Positions 49,454 through 57,647 of a DNA stretch of 64,000 nt are shown here, in pieces. The DNA lies in assembly GCA_038245515.1 (NCBI GenBank), contig JBBRSJ010000003.1:25921-89920 (forward strand), given 5' to 3'. The DNA is from Candidatus Limnocylindrales bacterium (GTDB lineage: Bacteria; Chloroflexota; Limnocylindria; Limnocylindrales; CSP1-4). Under the pieces are notes generated by a model. It was not told the DNA's origin, did not search any database, and saw nothing but the letters and a program-made list of their open reading frames with translations. Numbering within the stretch: position 1 is the stretch's first letter; each line of letters begins with the position of its first letter. A program made the translations under genes and the position numbers.

Positions 49454-50355
49454 CCGACGTGGCGGCTGTCCCGTCCGCGCTCGCTGGCTTCTGTGCCGCC
49501 GTCGACGATTTCGACCGCCGGCTCCGGGTCATCGACGACCGTTCGCTCGAGGCGTACTGGGCCTGGGAGGCCTATGACGAGGAGGGCGTCCGGTTCGGGA
49601 TCCTGCGTACGGCCGAGCAGGTTGGCGACGTTGCCGTCGAGATCGCGGCCGCGCGCGCCGAGGCGGGAGCCACGCTGACCCGCGTCCGGCGCATCCTCGG
49701 CCGATACCTCGTGGCGTGGCGCGAGCTGTGGTCCGTCGCCGATCGAGCCGACGCGGTCCTGGACACGGTCCCACAGGAAGGCGAGTGGCCGCTCCGGACG
49801 ATCCTCGATCACCTCATCGAAGCCGACCTCGGCTTCCTCGTGACGATCCGCAACGGCCTCGACCAGCACCGCTCCGGGGTCGCGGCGCCGAGACGGGTCG
49901 GCTCTGACGAGGCGTGGCTTGCCGCCGCCGAGATCGAGGATGCGGCGTGGCGCGCGGCGATGGACGGAAACCTTGCCGACATCCGGGCCTTTCATCGGAG
50001 CGGCCGCGATCGAACCCTGGCGCGGCTCGGCGGGATGACCGATCCGGAGCTCGAGCTCGAGTCGCCGTTCTGGGACGGCGAGCGGACGAATCGCTTCCGG
50101 CTCGGCCGGATCGAGTCGCATCTCCGCCAGCACACGATCCAGGCCGAGAAGGCGGTCCAGGCCACGATCGGGCCGCCGCGCGAGGTCGAGCGGCTGCTCC
50201 GGCTGTTGGCCCGGGCGACGGGCGACGTCGAAGCTGCGGCGATCGGAGCGGATCCGAAGCTCCTTGGGCCGGTCCTCGACCCGCTGGCCGCCGAGATCGC
50301 CGCCCGTGCCGATGAGCTGGTCGCCGCGACCGCCCACCAGGTCATCGCGGGCTGA
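49450..50355 (+). CDS. DinB-like (DinB_2/MDMPI_N-like) metal-dependent protein
   Basis: The ATG overlaps the metK stop (ATGA). [14 protein letters not shown] and [14 protein letters not shown] resemble the DinB histidine triad arrangement. Confidence 0.5.
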   Translation: MTDVAAVPSALAGFCAAVDDFDRRLRVIDDRSLEAYWAWEAYDEEGVRFGILRTAEQVGDVAVEIAAARAEAGATLTRVRRILGRYLVAWRELWSVADRADAVLDTVPQEGEWPLRTILDHLIEADLGFLVTIRNGLDQHRSGVAAPRRVGSDEAWLAAAEIEDAAWRAAMDGNLADIRAFHRSGRDRTLARLGGMTDPELELESPFWDGERTNRFRLGRIESHLRQHTIQAEKAVQATIGPPREVERLLRLLARATGDVEAAAIGADPKLLGPVLDPLAAEIAARADELVAATAHQVIAG

Positions 50356-50427
50356 TCCTCACGCGACGCCCCGGCGCGCGCACGATGCGGGTTCCGCGCC
50401 AGCGCCGGCCTCTAACGGGCCCACCTT

Positions 50428-50583
50428 CTGACAAACGAGCCTCAGGCGGTCACAAGTCAGCCGATTCCTGACATACGATCACCAGGCGGGCGGATGGCAA
50501 TTTCTCGGGACCCGCTCACGCTCAGTGCGGGGCTTCGTCCCGGCGCGCTTCCGGCTACCGACCGCCTGGAATTCGTTTGACAA
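50428..50583. repeat. three copies of a 24-nt motif YTGWCAWACGA-N4-CAGGCGGKC (two direct, one inverted)
   Basis: M1 is at 50428-50451 (ctgacaaacgagcctcaggcggtc). M2 is at 50468-50491 (ctgacatacgatcaccaggcgggc). M3 is on the minus strand at 50560-50583 (ttgtcaaacgaattccaggcggtc). By hand count M1/M2 match 19/24 and M1/M3 match 18/24. Confidence 0.8.
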
Positions 50584-50589
50584 ATTCGA

Positions 50590-50632
50590 GGGGCGGGGAA
50601 GCGCGGGGCGGGGAAGCGCGGGCGGGGAGGGG
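50590..50632 (+). repeat. G-tract tandem repeat (15-nt unit ggggcggggaagcgc x2.8), G-quadruplex-capable
   Basis: ggggcggggaagcgc ggggcggggaagcgc gggcggggagggg contains seven runs of 3 or more G. Confidence 0.85.
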
Positions 50633-50656
50633 CTGCGCCGCCGCGGGCCCGGGAGC

Positions 50657-51148
50657 TCAGCCTCCGCCGAAGGCCCGTACGCCAGCCTCGACGGCCCGCT
50701 GATCCTGGCCGCTGTCCCCGCCGCTGACCCCGACCGCGCCGACCAGCACCCCGTCGCGCTCGAGCGGCATGCCGCCGGCAAAGATGATCGTTCGCCCGCC
50801 CGCAACGGTGTGATACCCGAAGAACTCGGTGCCCGGCTGGGTGATCGGCGGCAGCTCGCCGGTCGGCATCCGGTTCACGAGCGCCGTGAACGCCTTGTCG
50901 CGAGCGAGCGTGATCCCGACGAGGTCCGCTCCGTCCATCCGCTCGAAGGCCACGAGCTGATCGCCAGAGTCGACGACGGCGCACGACATCGCCACCTGCA
51001 TCGCCCGGGCCTCGACCTGGACGGCGGCGATGACCGCCCGCGCAGCAGCCAGCGTCAGCCCGGCGGCCTGCGACGCGGTCGGGCCGCGCCAGGAATCGAC
51101 GATGTCGAGAACGAACGGATCGCTCGGCTCGCCCTCCGCCTCAGCCAC
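50657..51148 (-). CDS. glcG: GlcG/HbpS-like heme-binding protein (DUF336)
   Basis: 163 aa with ..AAARAVIAAVQVEARAMQVAMSCAVVDSGDQLVAFERMDGA..ARDKAFTA..GGMPLERDGVLVGAVGVSGG. It overlaps the upstream permease gene end by 8 nt. Confidence 0.8.
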   Translation of the reverse strand: MAEAEGEPSDPFVLDIVDSWRGPTASQAAGLTLAAARAVIAAVQVEARAMQVAMSCAVVDSGDQLVAFERMDGADLVGITLARDKAFTALVNRMPTGELPPITQPGTEFFGYHTVAGGRTIIFAGGMPLERDGVLVGAVGVSGGDSGQDQRAVEAGVRAFGGG

Positions 51149-52118
51149 CCTGCTGCTCGACGATCATCCCGGCCACTCCGGACGGCCCGCCGGTTCCGCT
51201 TCGGCGGGCGTGGCGCGAGAGCACGAACTGGCCGACGACCAGGATCGCCAGGGTGACGAACAGCATCACCGCCGCGACGGCGTTCGTGGCCGGCGTCACG
51301 CCCTTGCGGAGGGCGCTGAAGACGTACAGCGGGATCGTCGTCTGGTTCGTGCCGTGGACGAACGACGTGATGATGTAGTCGTCGAACGAGAACGTGAACG
51401 AGAGCAGGAAGCCCGCGACGATCGCCGGCAGCAGCTGCGGGAACGTGATCTGCCAGAACGTCCGCCAGGGCGTCCCGTACAGGTCGAAGGACGCCTCGAT
51501 GTGGGTCCGGTCCATGTTCGAGAGGCGCGCCTGGACGAGCAGCAGCACCAGGCTGATGTTGAAGACCGACAGGGCGCCCACGATCGTGTGGTAGCCCAGC
51601 CCGATCTCCGGACCGCCGGTCAGATTCGAGAGCAGCCCGCCGCGCCCGATCGTCACCGCAAAGAAGACCAGCGTCGACAGTGCGATCACGATCTCCGGGA
51701 CGATCAGGCTGACATAAGTCAGGGCGTCGAACGGCAGGCGGAACCACTTCGGCGCACGCTGGACGCCGAGAGCGGCCATGGTCCCGATGATCGTGGACAC
51801 GGTCGCGGTCGCGACACCGACGATCAGGCTGTTGATGAGGTTCCGCTGGATCGACTTGTCAGTGAACACGTACTCGTACCAGCGAAGGCTGAAGCCCTCC
51901 CAGTTGGTGACTCTCGTACTCGTCGCGTTGAAGCTGAAGACGACCACGACGATGATCGGGATGTAGAGGAACGCGTAGACGAGCCAGGTATGGCTGCGCA
52001 GCCAGAGCTCGACGAGCACCCCCGATCGATCGCGGGCCGGCCGCCGGCCGCGCGGCATCTCGCGCCTGGCCACGAGCGGGGCGGCGGGCGTCGTGGCTGG
52101 TGTCGCGGGGGCGCTCAT
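51141..52118 (-). CDS. ABC transporter permease (PotC-like, spermidine/putrescine type)
   Basis: 325 aa, 6 TM segments, binding-protein-dependent transport permease architecture within the pot-like operon. Confidence 0.8.
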   Translation of the reverse strand: MSAPATPATTPAAPLVARREMPRGRRPARDRSGVLVELWLRSHTWLVYAFLYIPIIVVVVFSFNATSTRVTNWEGFSLRWYEYVFTDKSIQRNLINSLIVGVATATVSTIIGTMAALGVQRAPKWFRLPFDALTYVSLIVPEIVIALSTLVFFAVTIGRGGLLSNLTGGPEIGLGYHTIVGALSVFNISLVLLLVQARLSNMDRTHIEASFDLYGTPWRTFWQITFPQLLPAIVAGFLLSFTFSFDDYIITSFVHGTNQTTIPLYVFSALRKGVTPATNAVAAVMLFVTLAILVVGQFVLSRHARRSGTGGPSGVAGMIVEQQGG

Positions 52119-52158
52119 CGACGTTGTCCCGCAGCACGCCAGCGGCCCAGGCGGCCGA

Positions 52159-53028
52159 TCACAGCATGCTCACTTCGCGGCCGCGCCGGCCGCGGTTGAT
52201 GAACCACACGTAGAACGTGACCGAGATCAGCATGATCGCAATGAGGACGACGGCCTGGGCCGAGCCGCCCGGCCAGTCGCGGGCCTCGAGGAAGCGCAGC
52301 ACGAGCGCGCTGCCGACCGTGAACACCCGCCCGTAGCCGAGGATGTTCGGGATCACGTACTCGCCCATCATCGGGATGAAGACGAGGATGCTGCCGGTGA
52401 TCAGCCCGGGTAGCGCGATCGGCAGGGTGATCTGGCGGAACGTCGCCCAGCGGCCGGCGCCGAGGTCCTTGGACGCTTCGACGAGACTGCGGTCCATGCG
52501 CTCGAGGGTCACGTAGAGCGGGAACACCATCAGCGGCAGGTAGCCGTAGACGAGCCCGAGCTGGACGGCCCAGTCGGTGCCGAGGATCCGGAACGAGGTA
52601 TCGCCCGTGATGCCCTGGACGAACCCGGCCAGGCCCTCGGGCCCGAGGATCGTCAGCCACGCGTAGGTCCGGATCAGGAAGCTCGTCCAGAACGGGACGA
52701 CGAGCAGGACGATGAAGAGGCCCTTGCGCCGGCCGGCCCGGGTCGCGATGTAGTACGCGAGCGGCAGCCCGACGAGCAGGCACAGGATCGTTCCGATGAT
52801 CGACAGCCGCAGGCTCGTCACGAGCGGGTCGACATTGTTTGCGATCAGGTCGGCGTAGTTGTTCGTGGTGAAGCCGCCCGCGTAGCCCCCGGTCGTCCCG
52901 CGAAACCCGAAGCTGAAGACCACCACGATCACGATCGGGGCGACCAGGAGCAGCAGGTACCAGAGGCTGGCCGGGAGCAGCAGGACGCCGGTCAGCAGGC
53001 GCGAACGCCTGCTGACGCTTGCGGTCAT
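52159..53028 (-). CDS. ABC transporter permease (PotB-like)
   Basis: 289 aa, polytopic. The EAA-like loop is LVEASKDLGAGRWATFRQITLP. Confidence 0.82.
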   Translation of the reverse strand: MTASVSRRSRLLTGVLLLPASLWYLLLLVAPIVIVVVFSFGFRGTTGGYAGGFTTNNYADLIANNVDPLVTSLRLSIIGTILCLLVGLPLAYYIATRAGRRKGLFIVLLVVPFWTSFLIRTYAWLTILGPEGLAGFVQGITGDTSFRILGTDWAVQLGLVYGYLPLMVFPLYVTLERMDRSLVEASKDLGAGRWATFRQITLPIALPGLITGSILVFIPMMGEYVIPNILGYGRVFTVGSALVLRFLEARDWPGGSAQAVVLIAIMLISVTFYVWFINRGRRGREVSML

Positions 53029-53050
53029 GGAGGCGGCTCGCCGAGGGGGC

Positions 53051-54250
53051 TTACTTCCTGCCGATCTTCGACTTGAACTCGGCCCAGATCTGGACGCGAA
53101 GCGGGTCGTCGGACACGTTCTTCGCGCTCTCGAGCAGGCCGGAGTCGAAGATCGCTTGGGGGACGAAGATCGTCGGGTCGTCGAGGATCTTCTGGGGAAT
53201 GAGCTTCTTCGCCTCGTCGTTCGGCGTGGCGTAGGCGTTCGTGATCGTCTCCTGGGCCTGGATGGCCGGCTCCTCGATGAAGTTGAGGAACGCGTGCGCT
53301 GCGATCGGGTGGGGCGGATCCTTGAAGATGACCCAGGTGTCCATCCAGTACAGCGTCCCGTCGGTCGGGATGAGGTACTTCGTGTCAGCAGTCTTCGGAT
53401 CCTGGATCAGCCCGTCGAGGCCGCCCGTCCAGGTCAGCCCGAGCACGGCCTCGCCGGTCTGGAGCTTCTTCTGGTACTGGTCGGAATCGAGGGCCAGAAC
53501 GTGCGGCGCCAGCGCCATCAGCAGGTCCTTCGCCTTGCCGAGCTCGGTCGGATCGACCGAGTTGACGCTGTAGCCGAGCGCCTTGAGCGGGGCGACGAAC
53601 ACGTCGCCCGGCGAGTCGACGATGACGATCTTGCCGCTATAGGTCGGCGCCACGGCGAAGAAGTTCTTCCAGCTGCTGACGTCTTCCTTGACGAATTTCG
53701 TCCGGACCGCGATGCCGGTCGTTCCCCAGTCCTTGGGCATCTGGTACTCGTCCTGGGGATCCCACCACAGGCCCTTGAACTGCTTGTCGATGTACTTCGC
53801 GTTGGGGACCTTGGTCCAGTCGATCTTCTGGATGAAGCCGCCCTGGACCAGGGCCGGCGTGAACTCGGCGGTCGGCGCCCCGACGTCCCACTGGCCTCCG
53901 GCGCCGGCCTGGAGCTTCGTCAGGAGCTCCTCGTTCGACGCATACGTGTCGTAGGTCCAGTCCTCGACGTTGTAGCGCTTCTGGAACTCCTTGATGTTGC
54001 CCGGATCGATGTAGTCCGACCAGTTGTACATCCAGAGATGGCCTTCGGTCGGCTCCTGGCTGAACAGCGCCTCCGACGGAGAAGCTGCGGCCGCCGACGG
54101 CCCGACCGACGGCGGCGCGGCGGATGTCGCCGTGCTCGAAGCCGGCGCCTCCGACGCCTTCGCTCCCGAACACGCGGCGATGAAGGCGGCCATCCCTGCC
54201 ATGGCGCCGCCGGCCATGAAACCGCGCCGGTTCACGCGCGTCTGCGACAT
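53051..54250 (-). CDS. ABC transporter substrate-binding lipoprotein (PotD/PotF-like polyamine binding)
   Basis: The start is set at ATG 54250. A Tat-like signal with lipobox is present (NRRGFMAGGAMAGMAAFIAAC). ..LWMYNWSDYIDPGNIKEFQKRYNV.. is typical of the PotD family. Confidence 0.82.
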   Translation of the reverse strand: MSQTRVNRRGFMAGGAMAGMAAFIAACSGAKASEAPASSTATSAAPPSVGPSAAAASPSEALFSQEPTEGHLWMYNWSDYIDPGNIKEFQKRYNVEDWTYDTYASNEELLTKLQAGAGGQWDVGAPTAEFTPALVQGGFIQKIDWTKVPNAKYIDKQFKGLWWDPQDEYQMPKDWGTTGIAVRTKFVKEDVSSWKNFFAVAPTYSGKIVIVDSPGDVFVAPLKALGYSVNSVDPTELGKAKDLLMALAPHVLALDSDQYQKKLQTGEAVLGLTWTGGLDGLIQDPKTADTKYLIPTDGTLYWMDTWVIFKDPPHPIAAHAFLNFIEEPAIQAQETITNAYATPNDEAKKLIPQKILDDPTIFVPQAIFDSGLLESAKNVSDDPLRVQIWAEFKSKIGRK

Positions 54251-54360
54251 CCGCCGCAGGATGCTCTCGAGATCCTCGTTCGCCACGTCTCTCCTCCTGC
54301 CGTCCCGATGACGGCTCGCGCCCTCTCCCACGTCCGCCGCCGCTCGTTCGCGGACGGACC

Positions 54361-55569
54361 TCAGCTGATGAGGACCAGGTTGGCCTCCTCGCGCCAGGAG
54401 ACTACGACCCGGTCGCCCGGTCCGAGCCCTGGCCCGCTGCTCGCCCCTGCTGCGTTCTGGCGTCGGACGACCATCTCGCCCGCCTGCGCCGTGTCGACCC
54501 GATATTCGGTCTGGTCGCCAAGGTAGGTGCCCTGGCGAACGCGTCCTTCGACGGCATTCCATCCAGGCTCGCCCGTCGCGGTCTCCGCCGGCTCGATCCG
54601 GATCCGCTCCGGACGGATCGCGACGATGACCGCGTCGCCGGGCGCCGGCGCCGCGTCGGGCGCGGTGATCCGACCCTGGAGACGGAGCCCGCGGTCGGAG
54701 TCGACGATCGCGCGCCGGGTGGCGCCGTCGATGCTGACGATCGTGCCGGGGATCGGGTTGGAGGCCCCGATGAAGTTGGCGACGAACCGGTTGACCGGCC
54801 GCTCGTACAGCTCCTCGGGATCACCCATCTGCTGGATGACCCCGTCGCGCATGACGACGATCATGTCGCTCATCGTCAGCGCCTCCTCCTGGTCGTGGGT
54901 CACATAGACGAACGTGATCCCGACCTCCTGCTGGAGGGCCTTGAGCTCGAGCTGCATCTCCTTGCGGAGCTTCAGGTCGAGGGCGCCGAGCGGCTCGTCG
55001 AGGAGGAGCACGGTCGGGCGGTTGACCAGCGCCCGGGCCAGGGCAACCCGCTGTTGCTGGCCGCCCGACATCTCCCACGTCCGGCGCCCCCCGTAGCCGC
55101 TGAGACGCACGAGGTCCAGGGCCTCTGCGACGCGGCGCTTCTCCTCGGCCTTGCCGACCTTCTTCTGGCGGAGCCCGTAGCCCACGTTCTGGGCGACGTC
55201 CATGTGGGGGAACAGGGCGTAATGCTGGAAGACCGTATTGACGTTGCGCTGGTAGGGCGGGACGCCGGCGATCGGCCGGCCGGCGAGCAGGATCTCGCCC
55301 TCGCTCGGCTGCTCGAAGCCGGCGATCATCCGGAGGGTCGTCGTCTTGCCGCAGCCCGACGGTCCGAGGAGGCTGGTGAACGACGCGACCGGGATGGCGA
55401 GGTTCATGTGGTCGACGGCGACGACCGGCCCGAACCGCTTCGTGACGCCGACCATCTCCACGTCGGGGTGGCCCTGACCAGTCTGGACGGGGCGCGATCC
55501 GGCCGCGCTGGACCCGCCGGCTGGCGCGCCCGGCGATCCGGATTCGGCGACGCTCGCGGGAACGGTCAC
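54361..55569 (-). CDS. potA: ABC transporter ATP-binding protein (PotA-like)
   Basis: Walker A GPSGCGKTT, FQHYALFPHMDV, the signature MSGGQQQRVALARAL, Walker B LLLDEPLGALD and a C-terminal TOBE-like domain. The start may be downstream of 55569. Confidence 0.9.
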   Translation of the reverse strand: MTVPASVAESGSPGAPAGGSSAAGSRPVQTGQGHPDVEMVGVTKRFGPVVAVDHMNLAIPVASFTSLLGPSGCGKTTTLRMIAGFEQPSEGEILLAGRPIAGVPPYQRNVNTVFQHYALFPHMDVAQNVGYGLRQKKVGKAEEKRRVAEALDLVRLSGYGGRRTWEMSGGQQQRVALARALVNRPTVLLLDEPLGALDLKLRKEMQLELKALQQEVGITFVYVTHDQEEALTMSDMIVVMRDGVIQQMGDPEELYERPVNRFVANFIGASNPIPGTIVSIDGATRRAIVDSDRGLRLQGRITAPDAAPAPGDAVIVAIRPERIRIEPAETATGEPGWNAVEGRVRQGTYLGDQTEYRVDTAQAGEMVVRRQNAAGASSGPGLGPGDRVVVSWREEANLVLIS

Positions 55570-55732
55570 GGGCCCCTCTCAGCGCAGCGGGATTGGGTGC
55601 GGCAACCGATCGTTGGTAAAGCGATGCTACAGGCTGCCGGGATGGTAGACGCCGCCGTTCCGCAGCGTCAACGCCGATTCAGCACGAGATTCGAATCGAT
55701 GTGGTCGCCGGAACGGGATGGTTCGCATTGGC

Positions 55733-55749
55733 CTGAAGCTATACTTCAG
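55733..55749. promoter_or_regulatory. palindrome CTGAAG-ctata-CTTCAG upstream of the HTH-cupin regulator
   Basis: Perfect 6-bp inverted repeat in the potA/regulator divergent spacer. A second 10-bp perfect palindrome GATTCGAATC lies at 55688-55697. Confidence 0.4.
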
Positions 55750-55792
55750 CCCGATCGACCCATTGCCGCACATTCCGAGGGGTGCGCGTCGG

Positions 55793-56350
55793 ATGGCTGC
55801 CAGTGAGCTCCAGCTGGGCCCGCGAATCCGGTCGCTCCGCCAGGCGCGCCAGGTGACCCTGCGCGAGCTCGCCGAGCGGGCCGGCGTGACGGAGAGCTTC
55901 CTCTCCCAGGTCGAGCGCGAGGTCACGAGCCCGTCGATCGCCTCGGTCCAGCGCATCGCGCGGGCCCTCGACCTGGGCATCGCCGAGCTCTTCGTCGACG
56001 AGGCCCCGATCGGCACGGTCGTCCGCCATGCCGATCGCCGCCGGATCGCGTATCCCGGTCTTCACGCGATCGACGAGTTCCTGACGATCGGGAAGAGCGG
56101 CAGGCTGCAGGTGATCCTGACGACGCTCGAGCCCGGCGGCGGGACCGGCGACGAGGCCTACGCCCATGAGTCCGACGAGGAGGTGGTGATCGTCCTCGAG
56201 GGCCGCCTGGAGCTGTGGGTCGGCGACGAGGTGCACCTGCTCGAGCAAGGCGACGCCATCACCTACTCGTCGCGCCAGCTCCATCGCAACCGCAACCCGG
56301 GGCCGGAGCGGGCGATCGTCCTGTTCTGCGCGACGCCGCCCAGCTTCTGA
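55793..56350 (+). CDS. XRE-family HTH + cupin transcriptional regulator (PuuR-like architecture)
   Basis: HTH: LGPRIRSLRQARQVTLRELAERAGVTESFLSQVEREVTSPSIASVQRIARAL. The C-terminal cupin is ..HESDEEVVIVLEGRLELWVG... It is divergent from the pot-like operon. Confidence 0.85.
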   Translation: MAASELQLGPRIRSLRQARQVTLRELAERAGVTESFLSQVEREVTSPSIASVQRIARALDLGIAELFVDEAPIGTVVRHADRRRIAYPGLHAIDEFLTIGKSGRLQVILTTLEPGGGTGDEAYAHESDEEVVIVLEGRLELWVGDEVHLLEQGDAITYSSRQLHRNRNPGPERAIVLFCATPPSF

Positions 56351-56374
56351 GCCCCCGCTTCAGTCGAGTCGCCC

Positions 56375-56485
56375 GAGTCACAGCCGACTCAATTCGGTCG
56401 CCAACAAACGTGGCCAGCGACCCGATTCGTCAGGAACGAGCGGCGGCCACGCTCACTGGCCGCCCGATTGAGTCCCCAGAGACTC
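56375..56485. promoter_or_regulatory. two identical-arm palindromes GAGTC-N6-GACTC upstream of manC
   Basis: Copies are at 56375-56390 (gagtc acagcc gactc) and 56470-56485 (gagtc cccaga gactc), with centres 95 bp apart. Confidence 0.4.
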
Positions 56486-56549
56486 GCGGGTCCGAGAAGA
56501 TGGCCGGCGGGCCTCCGCCGAGGCCGATGCCCACCGGTATGATCGACCG

Positions 56550-57647
56550 ATGTACGTGGTGATCCTCGCCGGGGGGGGCGGCACGCGGCTCTGGCCGCTC
56601 AGCCGGCCCGAGCGCCCGAAGCCCTTCCTGCCGCTCGTCGACGATCGGTCGCTGCTCCAGCACACCGTCGCGCGAGTCCAGGATCTGGTCGGCCCCGATG
56701 ACATCTTCTGCGTCACCGATCGGCGCTACGGCAACCTCGTCCAAAGCCAGGTTCCCTCGGTCCGGCTGATTGTCGAGCCGACTGGCAAGAACACGGCAGC
56801 GGCGATCGCCCTCGCGACGGCGGCCATCGACCGCGATGACGACGAAGTCATGCTCGTCCTCCCGGCGGACCATTGGGTCCGCGACGAGCCGTTGTTCCAC
56901 GCTGTGATCTCCGACGCGCTCGACGAGCTTGCGAATGGCTCCGTGCGGCTGGAGATCGACGATCCACTCGTGACGCTCGGGGTCCAGGTTGATCGGCCCG
57001 CGACAGAGTACGGCTACCTGATCCCCGATCTTGACCGGCGCCAGAAGCTGAAGCTGACGGCCTACGTCCTGCGGGCATTTGAGGAGAAGCCGGAGCTCGC
57101 GCGGGCGATCGTGCTGCAGAACGAGCCGGGCGTCGCCTGGAATGCGGGCATCTTCATGTGGAAGCGTCGGGCGATCCACGCGGCGCTCGAGAAGTACACG
57201 CCGCTGCCGATGCTGATCGACCAGGCCTTCGGCTCGACACTCGCGCTGGCGGGCGCCTACGAGCGGATCAACCCGATCTCGATCGACCGGGCCGTCATGG
57301 AGAGCGCCGCAGCCGACCACCAGGTCGTCATGGGGGCGATGGACGTTGGCTGGAGCGACCTCGGCAGCTGGACAGCGCTCCTTGCAGCGATGGCCCCCGA
57401 GCGCGTCGGGGGCGCGACGGGTCGGGTCGTCCAGACCGGCGAGACCATCGAGCTCGGGCCGGACGACCTCGTCATCCGGGCGGTGGACGGCCGCCTGGTC
57501 GTCGAGACCGGCCCCGCCGTCGTCGGCGGATCAGGCGGTACGATCGCGGCCGCCGGCGTGTGGGCCCACCTCGCCGGCGCCGGTCACCTCCTGCCCGAGG
57601 TGCGCGGCCTGCTCGAGCGGGTCGATGGCATGGAGGTCCGCGCGTGA
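56550..57647 (+). CDS. manC: mannose-1-phosphate guanylyltransferase (NTP-transferase domain only)
   Basis: MYVVILAGGGGTRLWPLSRPERPKPFLPL is the canonical N-terminus. 365 aa, with no C-terminal cupin. Confidence 0.88.
   Translation: MYVVILAGGGGTRLWPLSRPERPKPFLPLVDDRSLLQHTVARVQDLVGPDDIFCVTDRRYGNLVQSQVPSVRLIVEPTGKNTAAAIALATAAIDRDDDEVMLVLPADHWVRDEPLFHAVISDALDELANGSVRLEIDDPLVTLGVQVDRPATEYGYLIPDLDRRQKLKLTAYVLRAFEEKPELARAIVLQNEPGVAWNAGIFMWKRRAIHAALEKYTPLPMLIDQAFGSTLALAGAYERINPISIDRAVMESAAADHQVVMGAMDVGWSDLGSWTALLAAMAPERVGGATGRVVQTGETIELGPDDLVIRAVDGRLVVETGPAVVGGSGGTIAAAGVWAHLAGAGHLLPEVRGLLERVDGMEVRA

Noticed and set aside
50465-50480. TGACATACGA in motif M2 reminded me of the conserved UUGACAUACGA segment of the yybP-ykoY Mn2+ riboswitch.
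   Set aside because: There is no GGGGAGUAG partner segment and no four-way-junction pairing. There is also no downstream transporter gene in either orientation, because the region lies between two gene 3' ends.
50385-50580. Two 28-aa ORFs (50385-50471 and 50494-50580) inside the repeat-containing spacer.
   Set aside because: They are very short, lack a convincing SD and have unremarkable composition. They cannot be supported from sequence alone.
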